64,000 nt of DNA, from contig CAXXKM010000003.1 of assembly GCA_963664435.2 (NCBI GenBank), forward strand, positions 96,001 to 160,000. The letters are read 5' to 3'. The translations under genes were made by a program, and so were the position numbers. Shown piece after piece: positions 9,971-18,951 of the stretch. This DNA is from Longimicrobiales bacterium. GTDB lineage: Bacteria > Gemmatimonadota > Gemmatimonadetes > Longimicrobiales > Gaopeijiaceae. The first letter of the stretch is position 1; each line of letters opens with the position of its first letter. The notes under the pieces are model-generated. The model made no database searches and was not told where the DNA came from. It saw only the letters and a list, made by a program, of their open reading frames with translations.

Positions 9971-11251
9971 ATGAACGGGAGCCGCCAACGCACGATCGGC
10001 CGGGAGGTGAGCCTCGAGGGTATCGGCATTCACCTGGGGGAGCCCGCGGACGTGTCGTTCCATCCGGCCGAGCCCGGCGCCGGCATCGTTTTCCGGCGGG
10101 TCGATCTGCCCGGCAAACCCGAAATCCCCGCGACCCTGGATCACGTCGTGGGCACCGAACTCGGAACGACCATCGGCCGGGCGGAGGCCCGCATCCTCAC
10201 CGTGGAGCACCTCATGGCGGCGCTGGGCGCCAGCGGGATCTCCAACGTGCGGGTGGATGTCTCCGGACCCGAGATTCCCATCCGGGACGGGAGCTTCCTG
10301 GACTTTCTGGATGCTCTGGATGCGGCGGGGGTGGTGGAACAGAAGGCGCGGGCGCGCGTGGCTGAACTCGATGAGCCGGTGGTCCTGGACGGTGGCGGCG
10401 GCGAATCGTACATCCTTGCGCCCGGCCCCGGATTCCGCATCACCGCGACCATCGACTTCGAACACCCGGCGATCGGCCGCCAGACCGGATCGTTCGACGG
10501 CCTCGGCGCCGATTTCCGAGCCGACATCGCTCCGGCGCGCACCTTCGGGTTCCTTGCCGACGCGGAGGAACTGCATGCGCGCGGCCTCGCCCAGGGGGCA
10601 TCGCTGGCCAACACGATCGTTCTGGACGACGACGGCGTCGCCAACGACGAACTGCGGTTCCCCGACGAGTTCCTGCGTCACAAGATCGGTGACGTGCTGG
10701 GCGACCTGACGCTGCTGGGCAGCCGGCTGCGGGGCCATCTGGTGGCGGAGCGACCGAGTCACCGGGGCAACATCGAGCTCGGACGGCTGGTCGAACAGCG
10801 GCTGAACGGCGCACCTCCACCCGCGTTCGATGTCGAGCGCATCCGGAGCTACCTGCCGCACCGCTATCCGATGCTGCTCGTGGACCGGATCGCGAGCGTC
10901 GAAGACGGGCGCCACATCACGGGCATCAAGAACGTCACCGTCAACGAGCCTTTCTTCCAGGGCCATTTCCCCGGGCGCGCCATCATGCCCGGCGTGCTCA
11001 TCGTGGAGGCGATGGCCCAGATCGGCGGACTGCTGCTCATCGATTCCGTGGGCAACCCGCGAGACAAGCAGGTCTATCTCATGTCCATACAGAAGGCGCG
11101 CTTCCGGCGTCCGGTGCTGCCGGGCGACCAACTGGTGTGCGAGGTCGAACTGCTCCGCTTCCGGCGCGGAACTTGCAAAATGAGAGGCGAAGGATACGTG
11201 GACGGGGTGCGCGTCGCGGAAGCGGAATTCATGGCAAGAGTTGTGGACTGA
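9971..11251 (+). CDS. lpxC-fabZ: Bifunctional LpxC deacetylase / FabZ 3-hydroxyacyl-ACP dehydratase
   Basis: LpxC motifs ([26 protein letters not shown]) fused in frame to FabZ motifs ([30 protein letters not shown]). Confidence 0.93.
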   Translation: MNGSRQRTIGREVSLEGIGIHLGEPADVSFHPAEPGAGIVFRRVDLPGKPEIPATLDHVVGTELGTTIGRAEARILTVEHLMAALGASGISNVRVDVSGPEIPIRDGSFLDFLDALDAAGVVEQKARARVAELDEPVVLDGGGGESYILAPGPGFRITATIDFEHPAIGRQTGSFDGLGADFRADIAPARTFGFLADAEELHARGLAQGASLANTIVLDDDGVANDELRFPDEFLRHKIGDVLGDLTLLGSRLRGHLVAERPSHRGNIELGRLVEQRLNGAPPPAFDVERIRSYLPHRYPMLLVDRIASVEDGRHITGIKNVTVNEPFFQGHFPGRAIMPGVLIVEAMAQIGGLLLIDSVGNPRDKQVYLMSIQKARFRRPVLPGDQLVCEVELLRFRRGTCKMRGEGYVDGVRVAEAEFMARVVD

Positions 11252-11296
11252 AATGGCAGGAGTTGTGGACTGAAATGGCAGGAGTTGCGGACTGAA
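11231..11296 (+). repeat. Three tandem copies of a 22-bp unit ATGGCARGAGTTGYGGACTGAA
   Basis: Copies at 11231-11252, 11253-11274 and 11275-11296. Copy 1 is the last codons of fabZ; the last base of copy 3 is the A of the lpxA ATG. Confidence 0.95.
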
Positions 11297-12108
11297 TGAG
11301 TGATTCGCTGCTGGACCCTTCGCGGACCGTTCCACCCGATGTCCACCCGTCGGCGATCGTGGACGACGGGGCCGTGCTCGGAGCGGACGTGGTCGTGGGG
11401 CCCTATGCGATCCTTGGTCCGGGCGTGCGCGTCGGAGCGAGAACCCGGATCGGCCCGCACGTCCTGATCGAACGGGACACCTCCGTGGGCGAGGGTTGCC
11501 GCATCGGCCAGGGTGCGGTGCTGGGCACCGATCCGCAGGACCTGAAATACAAGGGCGAGCGCTCCGAACTGATCGTCGGCGACCGTACCGTCGTCCGCGA
11601 ATACGCCACCCTCAATCGGGGCTCGGCCGCGTCCGGGCGCACGGTAGTGGGAAGCGACTGCCTCCTCATGGCCTACGTCCACGTGGCCCACGACTGCCGG
11701 CTGGGCAACCATGTCGTACTGTCGAACTCGGTCAACATGGCCGGCCACGTCACCATTCAGGATTGGGTCATCATCGGAGGCCTCGTGGGGATCCACCAGT
11801 ACGTGCGCATCGGCGCCCATGCCTTCGTGGGCGGTGGCGGACGCGTCTCCAAGGACGTGCCGCCCTACTGCCGCGTCGCCGGGGGGCGTCCGAAGCTCTT
11901 CGGGCTCAACGCGGTCGGGCTGGAGAGGCGCGGGTTCCCGGCGGCTACCCGCCGGCATCTCAGGCAGACATACCGCATCCTGTTCCAGTCCGGGCTCAAC
12001 GTGTCCCAGGCCATGGCCCGCGTCGAGGCCGATGTCGAGCAGATTCCGGAGGTGCGCCACTTTCTCGACTTCATCCGCAACAGCGAACGCGGCATCACGC
12101 TCGGATGA
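11296..12108 (+). CDS. lpxA: Acyl-ACP--UDP-N-acetylglucosamine O-acyltransferase
   Basis: Hexapeptide repeats, PQDLKYKGE, HVAHDC, GLNAVGLERRGF. Confidence 0.95.
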   Translation: MSDSLLDPSRTVPPDVHPSAIVDDGAVLGADVVVGPYAILGPGVRVGARTRIGPHVLIERDTSVGEGCRIGQGAVLGTDPQDLKYKGERSELIVGDRTVVREYATLNRGSAASGRTVVGSDCLLMAYVHVAHDCRLGNHVVLSNSVNMAGHVTIQDWVIIGGLVGIHQYVRIGAHAFVGGGGRVSKDVPPYCRVAGGRPKLFGLNAVGLERRGFPAATRRHLRQTYRILFQSGLNVSQAMARVEADVEQIPEVRHFLDFIRNSERGITLG

Positions 12109-13142
12109 GTCCTCCCACCCCGATCCGCATGGGGGTGGCCGGCGTCGGGAGCCTGGGCTTTCATCACGCCAGGATTCTGCGCGATCTGCCGGAAGTCAGG
12201 ATGGCGGGGTTCTTCGACGTCGACGCTCGCCGGGCAGCCTTTGTATCGCGGGAGCTCGGGCTTGAGTCGGCCGGAAGCCTGCAGGAGCTGCTGTCGGGAG
12301 TAGACGCCCTGGTGGTGGCGGTGCCCACGTCGTCCCACGAAGGGGTGGCGCTCGCGGCCGCCGAACGCGGTGTTCACGTTCTGATCGAGAAGCCCATCGC
12401 ACCTTCGCTCGACGCCACCGATCGTATCCTGGCCGCGGCCGGCAAGGCGGGCATCGTGGTGCAGACGGGGCATGTGGAACGGTTCAACGGCGCGCTCCGG
12501 GCCGCGGCGCCGTACATCGACACCCCGCTCTTCATCGAGTCGCAGCGCCTGGCGCCCTTTCGCCCCCGGGGCACGGATGTGGCCGTGGTTCTCGATCTCA
12601 TGATTCACGACGTGGACCTGGTGCGCATGCTGGTGCAGGCGCCGCTGGCCGAAATCGCGGCAGCGGGGATCCCGGTGCTGACCCACTCGGTGGACATCGC
12701 CAATGCGCGCCTCACCTTCCGGAACGGCGCCGTGGCCAACCTGACCGCAAGCCGGGTGTCGAGCGAGGGGCGGCGCATGTTGCGCGTCTTCCAGCGTTCG
12801 GGATACCTGCGCGTCGACCTGGCGCGGGGGAAGGGTGAGTTCCTTCGCCTCCGGCGAGATCTGCCCGCCTTGCTTGGAGACGCCCGGGAAGCCAGGCTGG
12901 AGGAGGGGAAGGGGGGACCGGACCCGGGGCCGCCTCCGGGGCTGGAGGACATCGCCGAGCGGATTCCCTTCGAAGGTTTCCCGGAGGAACCGCTGCGGGT
13001 CGAGCTCGAGGGGTTCCGCGACGCGGCGCTCGGGCGCTCCGATCCGGTCGTCTCGGGTGATGAGGGCCGGGCGGCGCTGGAGATCACGCTGTGCATCGAG
13101 AAGAGGATTCTGGACCATGTCGCTCATTCGCGTACGTCGTAA
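12105..13142 (+). CDS. Gfo/Idh/MocA oxidoreductase, likely GnnA-type UDP-GlcNAc 3-dehydrogenase
   Basis: ATG 12105 overlaps the lpxA stop. Rossmann GVGSLG, EKPI, GHVERFN, DLMIHD, LTASRVS. Positioned between lpxA and lpxB. Confidence 0.85.
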   Translation: MSPPTPIRMGVAGVGSLGFHHARILRDLPEVRMAGFFDVDARRAAFVSRELGLESAGSLQELLSGVDALVVAVPTSSHEGVALAAAERGVHVLIEKPIAPSLDATDRILAAAGKAGIVVQTGHVERFNGALRAAAPYIDTPLFIESQRLAPFRPRGTDVAVVLDLMIHDVDLVRMLVQAPLAEIAAAGIPVLTHSVDIANARLTFRNGAVANLTASRVSSEGRRMLRVFQRSGYLRVDLARGKGEFLRLRRDLPALLGDAREARLEEGKGGPDPGPPPGLEDIAERIPFEGFPEEPLRVELEGFRDAALGRSDPVVSGDEGRAALEITLCIEKRILDHVAHSRTS

Positions 13143-13251
13143 CCGCAAGAAGGACTGGATCGACGCCAAGCGGGGCAAGCCGCCCACGAAGCTCATCGCC
13201 CTGCTGGTGGCGGTGCTTGTGGTCATCTGGTATCTGGGGTTCCGGTTCTGA
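13117..13251 (+). CDS. 44-aa basic membrane microprotein
   Basis: MSLIRVRRNRKKDWIDAKRGKPPTKLIALLVAVLVVIWYLGFRF. It fills the gap between the oxidoreductase and lpxB (stop 3 bp before the lpxB ATG), with a basic N-terminus and one TM helix. Confidence 0.6.
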   Translation: MSLIRVRRNRKKDWIDAKRGKPPTKLIALLVAVLVVIWYLGFRF

Positions 13252-13254
13252 CCG

Positions 13255-14397
13255 ATGGCGCGCGACCCGGTGATCCTCATGCTCGCCGGGGAGCCTTCCG
13301 GTGACCTGCACGGCGCCGCCCTCGCCCGCTCGCTGCTCGAGAAGTGGCCGTCCGCCCGGCTGTTCGGGCTGGGGGGCGAACGCATGGCGGCGGAGGGGGT
13401 CGAGTGCATGGCGGGGCTCGACCAGCTTGCGGTCATGGGCTTCGCCGAAGTCGCGCGCCACCTCGGCTTCTTCCGCCGGCTCATGCGCCGGGTCCGCGAC
13501 GCCATGCACCGGCACGGCGTGGACCTCGCCATCCCGATCGACTACCCGGGGTTCAACCTGCGTGTCGCGAAACACGCCCGCGCGGCCGGAATCCGGGTAT
13601 TGTATTACATCGCTCCCCAGGTCTGGGCGTGGCGGCCCGGGCGCGCCCGGCGACTGGCCCGCGACACCGATCACGTCGCCGTGATTCTCCCCTTCGAGGC
13701 CGGGTTTCTGCGCAGCGCAGGCGCGCGCGCGACCTTCGTGGGGCATCCGCTGCTCGAGCTGGAGCACGAGGTGCCGGCCCGGGCCGACTATTGCCGCGCA
13801 CACGGTCTCGATGCCACGCGGCCGTTGCTGGCGCTGTTTCCCGGATCCAGGCGTCAGGAACTCGATCGCCACCTGGAGGTGTTCCTGTCCGCCGCCCGCC
13901 GGCTTCAGCGCGCACGCCCCGGACTGCAGGTGGTGGTCGCACGCGCGCCCGGTCTGCCGCGCCGCGCCTGCGAGGGGGTCGCCGCCACCGTCGTCGACGA
14001 CGGCCGGAGCCTGCTCCGCCATGCGCGCGCGGCGGTGGTGAAGTCCGGCACCTCCACCGTGGAGGCCGCGCTCGCAGGCGTACCCTTTGCCACCGCATAC
14101 CGGACGCACCCGCTCACCTTCGCCCTCGCACGCCGCCTGGTGCGCGTGGACCACATTGCCATGGCCAACCTCATCGCCGGCCGGCGGGTGGTCCCCGAGC
14201 TGATCCAGCACGAGGCGACACCGGCGCGGCTCGAACGCGAGCTGCTTCCGCTCCTCGACGACACCGCGGAACGGCGCGCCGTGGTTGCTGGTCTGGCCGA
14301 GGTCCGCCGCGCCCTTGGCTCGGCGGGGGCGGCGCGGCGGGTGGCCGGGATTGCGGAATCCCTGTTGTTCCCGCCGCCGCGGGCGGTTTCGGGATGA
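13255..14397 (+). CDS. lpxB: Lipid-A-disaccharide synthase
   Basis: AGEPSGDLHG, IDYPGFN, PQVWAWR, FVGHPL, PGSRRQE, SGT motifs. Confidence 0.94.
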   Translation: MARDPVILMLAGEPSGDLHGAALARSLLEKWPSARLFGLGGERMAAEGVECMAGLDQLAVMGFAEVARHLGFFRRLMRRVRDAMHRHGVDLAIPIDYPGFNLRVAKHARAAGIRVLYYIAPQVWAWRPGRARRLARDTDHVAVILPFEAGFLRSAGARATFVGHPLLELEHEVPARADYCRAHGLDATRPLLALFPGSRRQELDRHLEVFLSAARRLQRARPGLQVVVARAPGLPRRACEGVAATVVDDGRSLLRHARAAVVKSGTSTVEAALAGVPFATAYRTHPLTFALARRLVRVDHIAMANLIAGRRVVPELIQHEATPARLERELLPLLDDTAERRAVVAGLAEVRRALGSAGAARRVAGIAESLLFPPPRAVSG

Positions 14398-15434
14398 GGC
14401 GGGCCGTGGAAGCCGGACTGGGTTGGGTGTGGGGGGCGTCTACCGGCGCGGCGGCCGCGGCCGGGCTGGCTCTGGCGCCGCTGGAGCAGGCCTTTGCGCT
14501 GGGGGCGGCGGTCCGCAACCGCCGATACGACACCGGACGGTTGCCGGTGGGGTCGGTCGAGGTGCCGGTGGTGTCGGTCGGAAACCTGGCGGTGGGGGGG
14601 AGCGGCAAGACGCCCATGGCGGCCTGGTTCGCCGCCTGGTTCCTGCGGCGGGGCGTCACGCCCGGCGTCGTGACCAACGGCTACGGTCTCGACGAGGTAT
14701 TGCTGCACCGGCAATGGAATCCTGGGGCGCCGGTCGCCGCCGACGCCCAACGCGCGCGCGCGGCCGCCGTCGTCGTTGAGCGGGGCGCGCGGGTGGTGAT
14801 CCTGGACGACGGCTTCCAGCACCGGGCCCTGGCACGCGACCTGGACCTGGTACTGGTCGCGGCGGAACACCCGACACCGGTGCGACTCCTGCCCCGAGGC
14901 CCCTACCGGGAGCCCGAGAGAGCCCTCGCGCGGGCCAAGGGTGTGATCGTGACCCGCCGAATCGCTAGCTTTCGCACAGGCCGCCGTCGAGCCCGGGCGC
15001 TCGAGGCGGCCCACGGACTGCGCTGTGCCCTTGTGAGCCTGGAGTTCTCGCAGTGGAGCGACCTCGCGGGTGCTCCCGCGGCCGCCCCGACGGGCCCGGC
15101 GCTGCTCTTGTCAGGTATTGCCCGTCCGTTGGAGTTTCACGGGTTGCTGCAGCGGGAGATCCCCGGGATGGACATGGAGCCGATGACGTTCAGTGACCAC
15201 CACCACTACTCCGCCGCGGACATCGCCGCCATCGCGCGTCGCGCGCGCGGCCGTCAGGTAGTGACCACCGCCAAGGATGCGGTAAAACTGCAGCAGCTGG
15301 GAGAGCACGGGGTGGACGTGCGCGTCCTGCACCTCGAGGTCGTGTTCGAGAGGGGCCGGCGGTGGCTGGAAGGTGCTCTTTCCGAGCTTCCGGGGATCGC
15401 CGGAATGACGAGGGCCGGAGGGAACACCCGGTGA
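14394..15434 (+). CDS. lpxK: Tetraacyldisaccharide 4'-kinase
   Basis: ATG 14394 overlaps the lpxB stop. SVGNLAVGGSGKTP, LDDGFQH, LLPRGPYRE, TTAKDAVK. Confidence 0.92.
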   Translation: MRRAVEAGLGWVWGASTGAAAAAGLALAPLEQAFALGAAVRNRRYDTGRLPVGSVEVPVVSVGNLAVGGSGKTPMAAWFAAWFLRRGVTPGVVTNGYGLDEVLLHRQWNPGAPVAADAQRARAAAVVVERGARVVILDDGFQHRALARDLDLVLVAAEHPTPVRLLPRGPYREPERALARAKGVIVTRRIASFRTGRRRARALEAAHGLRCALVSLEFSQWSDLAGAPAAAPTGPALLLSGIARPLEFHGLLQREIPGMDMEPMTFSDHHHYSAADIAAIARRARGRQVVTTAKDAVKLQQLGEHGVDVRVLHLEVVFERGRRWLEGALSELPGIAGMTRAGGNTR

Positions 15435-17074
15435 ACCTGGAGCTGCTGGTTGGCCATCCGTCCGGCTCCCCCCTGGTGGCCGACTACCTGACCCGACGCC
15501 CCTCCGCCCTGGCCTTCTTCCGCGGCGACCCCACGCTGGCGGCCAGCTACGCGGCCGCGGCGGAGGCCGTGGCGGCACGCTTCGACCGCGCCGCCCGCGC
15601 CCGGGCCGTGGATTGCATCTACGCCCCTACGCCGGCGGTGCGGGCGCGGCTGGACCGGCTGGTTGAAGAGGATGGCTTCTTCGTGACCACCGGCCAGCAG
15701 CCCGGCCTCTTCACCGGTCCCCTGTACAGCGTCTACAAGGCGCTGACCGCCGTTCAGCTGGCACGCGCCCTCGAGGAGCTGCTCGGAAAGCCCGTGATTC
15801 CCCTCTTCTGGGTGGCGTCCGAGGATCACGACTGGAGGGAGGTGGACCACACCTATGCCGTCAGCGTCGCCAACGAGCTGCAGCGCGTCGCACTCGACAA
15901 CGCTCCGGAGCGTGGAGACCGTCCCGTCCACCGCGTGCCGATGGGGGACGCCATCACTCCGGTGCTGGAAGAGTTCCTCTCCCTCTTTCCGGACAACGAC
16001 TTCAAGCCGGCTTGCGCGCGGCGACTGCGTTCCGCGTACGCGCCGGGGCACTCGCTGGGCGAGGCCTTCATCCGGGTACTCGCCGATTGGCTGGGGCCGC
16101 TGGGGATGGCATTCGTCGACGCCTCTTCGCTCCCGCTCAAGCGTGCCTCGCGGACGCAGTTCACGGCCGTGCTGGACGGTTCGGTCGAGCAGGAGGCGCT
16201 GCTGGGCAGAACCGCGGAGCAGCTTCGGGAAGCCGGGTATCACGTACAGGTTCCCATCCTCGCCGGCGGCGTCAACCTCTTCTTCGAGGGAAGCTCGGGA
16301 CGCGAGCGCGTCTACCGCAGCGGGAGCGACTTCCGGCTCAGGCACTCGGGCGAACTTCTGACCCGCCGCCGGATCCTCGCCGCATCGGATGCCGACCCGC
16401 GCGTGCTGAGCCCCAACGTCCTGCTCCGCCCGGTGGTCGAGGGCACGGTCTTCCCGGTGGTGTCCTACGTCGCCGGACCGGGGGAGATCGCCTATTTCGC
16501 ACAGCTCCGGGGCCTGTTCGATCTCTGCGGGGTCCGGATGCCGGTGGTTCACCCCCGATTCTCGGTTACGGTGATCGAACCCAAGATCCGCAAGGTGCTC
16601 GACAAGCTGGATCTGTCCGTCCAGGACCTCGCCCGACCCTTCGGCGAACTTGCCGGACGCGTCGTGCAGGAGGACATCCCGGATGGCGTCCGCCAGGCAC
16701 TTGGGGACTTGCGCGGGGGTATCGGCAGGGGCGTGGAAGAGTTGAGTCGCGCGGCGGCCACGCTGGATCCCACGCTCAAGGGTCCCGCCAGGCATGTGCG
16801 CACGGTCGCCTTCGACGCGCTCGAGCAGATGCGGAGGAAGATCATCCACAGCCTCAAGCGCGAGAAGCAGACCAGACTCCGCCAGCTCGAGAAGGCTCAG
16901 GTGCACCTGTATCCCGGGGGAGGTCCGCAGGAACGATCGCTGAACGCCTGCTACTACCTGATGCGCTACGGACGCGAATTCCTGGACGCGCTTCACGATC
17001 GCTTCTCCGTACGGTTGGCCCGTGACGGGTCCCACGCCGCGAACATCGCGGGCGTCGGGTCGTTCCGGGGCTGA
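15431..17074 (+). CDS. bshC: Bacillithiol biosynthesis cysteine-adding enzyme BshC
   Basis: TTGQQPGLFTGPLYSVYK, FWVASEDHD, SPNVLLRPV, YVAGPGEIAY, LYPGGGPQER. GTG overlaps the lpxK stop. Confidence 0.88.
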   Translation: MNLELLVGHPSGSPLVADYLTRRPSALAFFRGDPTLAASYAAAAEAVAARFDRAARARAVDCIYAPTPAVRARLDRLVEEDGFFVTTGQQPGLFTGPLYSVYKALTAVQLARALEELLGKPVIPLFWVASEDHDWREVDHTYAVSVANELQRVALDNAPERGDRPVHRVPMGDAITPVLEEFLSLFPDNDFKPACARRLRSAYAPGHSLGEAFIRVLADWLGPLGMAFVDASSLPLKRASRTQFTAVLDGSVEQEALLGRTAEQLREAGYHVQVPILAGGVNLFFEGSSGRERVYRSGSDFRLRHSGELLTRRRILAASDADPRVLSPNVLLRPVVEGTVFPVVSYVAGPGEIAYFAQLRGLFDLCGVRMPVVHPRFSVTVIEPKIRKVLDKLDLSVQDLARPFGELAGRVVQEDIPDGVRQALGDLRGGIGRGVEELSRAAATLDPTLKGPARHVRTVAFDALEQMRRKIIHSLKREKQTRLRQLEKAQVHLYPGGGPQERSLNACYYLMRYGREFLDALHDRFSVRLARDGSHAANIAGVGSFRG

Positions 17075-17087
17075 AGACGGCGAATCG

Positions 17088-17117
17088 TTGTCAGACGGGC
17101 TTCCCCAACCCTAGTTT
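17088..17117 (+). promoter_or_regulatory. Putative sigma70 promoter, probably leaderless
   Basis: TTGTCA (17088-93), 18-bp spacer, TAGTTT (17112-17). The ATG at 17124 is 7 nt downstream and has no SD. Confidence 0.45.
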
Positions 17118-17123
17118 CGGACC

Positions 17124-17399
17124 ATGTTGCTCTGGCTACTCCTCCTCGTCCTGCTGATCCCGATCCTCTCCATCGTGCTGGATTCCCAGGTCGGCAAGGC
17201 GCTCGCGACACGTCTGGAACGCCGCGGGCTCGGTGACGGAGACCGCATCGCCGACGAGCGCATGGCCCTTCTGGAAAGCGAGACCGAGCGGCTCAGTTCG
17301 GAGGTCGACAGGCTGTCGGAGGAGAGCCGGTTCCTCCACCGGCTTCTCACGGAGCGAACTCCGGACAGGGATCTTCCTTCCGGTGACCGGGAACGCTGA
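17124..17399 (+). CDS. Small single-TM, coiled-coil protein of unknown function
   Basis: Hydrophobic N-terminal helix, then heptad-like LESETERLSSEVDRLSEESRFLHRLL. Confidence 0.7.
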   Translation: MLLWLLLLVLLIPILSIVLDSQVGKALATRLERRGLGDGDRIADERMALLESETERLSSEVDRLSEESRFLHRLLTERTPDRDLPSGDRER

Positions 17400-18951
17400 G
17401 TCGGGAGAGTCACCCGGGAGAGACGGACGCCGCTCCGCGGCCCTGGTGGCGGCCGGCATTCTGGCGAGCCGCGTAGCCGGACTCGGCCGCGATGTCCTGT
17501 TCGCGTTCTTCTTCGGCAACAGCGCCTTCGCGGAGGCCTGGAGGGCGGCGCTCCGCATCCCCAACGTACTGCAGAATCTGTTGGGCGAGGGCACGCTGAG
17601 CGCCTCCTTCGTCCCCATCTACGCGGAGATGCTGGAGCGCGGGGAACTCGAGCGCGCGGGACGATTCGCCGGAGCGGCGTTCGGGATCCTGACCGCGGTG
17701 GCGGGGCTGCTCGCCCTGCTCGGGGCCGCTCTGGCGCCGCTGGTGGTCACGGTGTTCGCGCCGGGCTTCGACGGACAAACCCGGGAACTCACCGTGCAGC
17801 TGGTGCGCATCCTCTTTCCCATGACCGGAGTGCTGGTGCTCTCCGCCTGGGCGCTCGGCATCCTGAACAGCCATCGACGGTTCTTCGTGTCCTACGTGGC
17901 GCCCGTGCTCTGGAACGCGGCCATGATCGCGACCATGGTCGCGCTGGGCTGGATCTGGGCCTTCGAAGGGGACGATCTGATCGTGGGGCTGGGGTGGGGC
18001 GCCCTTGCCGGAGGTGTACTTCAGTTCGGCTTTCAGCTTCCGTTTCTGGCGGGGAAGCTCCGACACTTCCGGCCCTCCCTCGATCTGGACGTGCCCGGCG
18101 TCCGCGAGGCGATCCGCAACTTCGTTCCGGTCGTGTCGGCGCGGGGGGTGGTCAACCTGAGCGCGCTGGTGGAGCTCCAGCTGGCCAGTTTCCTGACCGC
18201 CGGGGCCGTGGCGATCATGGGCTACGCGCAGGCGCTGTACCTCCTGCCCATCTCCCTCTTCGGCCTAGCGGTAGCGGCCGCCGAGCTCCCGGAACTCTCT
18301 CGCCAGCGCGAGCAGGCCGGAGCGTTGCTGGCCGGGCAGGTGTCCGATGCCCTGGAGCGGGTGGCGTACTTCGTCATCCCGTCCATGCTCGCCTGCCTGC
18401 TCTTTGGAGACGTCATCACGGCGGCGATCTACCAGCGCGGCGAGTTCGGGCCGCTGGACACAGCGGCAACCTACGCCGTGCTGGCCGCCTACAGCGCGGG
18501 GATGTTCGCCTCGGCCAGCTCGCGCATGCTCTCCTCGGCGTTCTTCGCGGTACGCGATCCGCGCGCGCCGGCCCGGGTTGCCGGGCTGCGCGTGGCCGTG
18601 TCGCTGCTGGTTGGCGGAGCGCTCATGTTCCCGTTCGACGCCTTTGCGGTGGGTCCCCTGCGCCTCGGCGCGGTGGGGCTCGGGCTGGGCACTTCGCTCG
18701 CCGCCTGGCTGGAATACGGGCTGCTGCGCAGGAAGCTCCGGCGCGCGCTGGGACCGCACGGTATGGCGCGCGGGCGGCTGCCCCGTCTGCTCGCGGCAGG
18801 GCTGCTCGCGGTCGCCGCCGGGTATGGGGGAGAACTGCTCTTCGGAGGCCTCCATCCCGTTCTTGCGGCCGCGGGCACGCTCCTTCCTTTCGGGGGCGTG
18901 TATCTCGGCTCCACCCGCCTGCTCGGACTTCGTCTGGGAGGCGGCGGATGA
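17383..18951 (+). CDS. murJ: Lipid II flippase MurJ (MviN)
   Basis: SRVAGLGRD, RIPNVLQNLLGEGTLSASFVP, multiple TM helices. Start codon uncertain (GTG 17383). Confidence 0.9.
   Translation: MTGNAESGESPGRDGRRSAALVAAGILASRVAGLGRDVLFAFFFGNSAFAEAWRAALRIPNVLQNLLGEGTLSASFVPIYAEMLERGELERAGRFAGAAFGILTAVAGLLALLGAALAPLVVTVFAPGFDGQTRELTVQLVRILFPMTGVLVLSAWALGILNSHRRFFVSYVAPVLWNAAMIATMVALGWIWAFEGDDLIVGLGWGALAGGVLQFGFQLPFLAGKLRHFRPSLDLDVPGVREAIRNFVPVVSARGVVNLSALVELQLASFLTAGAVAIMGYAQALYLLPISLFGLAVAAAELPELSRQREQAGALLAGQVSDALERVAYFVIPSMLACLLFGDVITAAIYQRGEFGPLDTAATYAVLAAYSAGMFASASSRMLSSAFFAVRDPRAPARVAGLRVAVSLLVGGALMFPFDAFAVGPLRLGAVGLGLGTSLAAWLEYGLLRRKLRRALGPHGMARGRLPRLLAAGLLAVAAGYGGELLFGGLHPVLAAAGTLLPFGGVYLGSTRLLGLRLGGGG

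Noticed and set aside
9971..11251. LpxC-FabZ fusion as a novelty
   Set aside because: This fusion is well known in Bacteroidota/FCB-group bacteria.
11231..11296. 22-bp repeats as a mini-CRISPR or iterons
   Set aside because: No spacers, the unit derives from the fabZ 3' end, and no rep gene is nearby.
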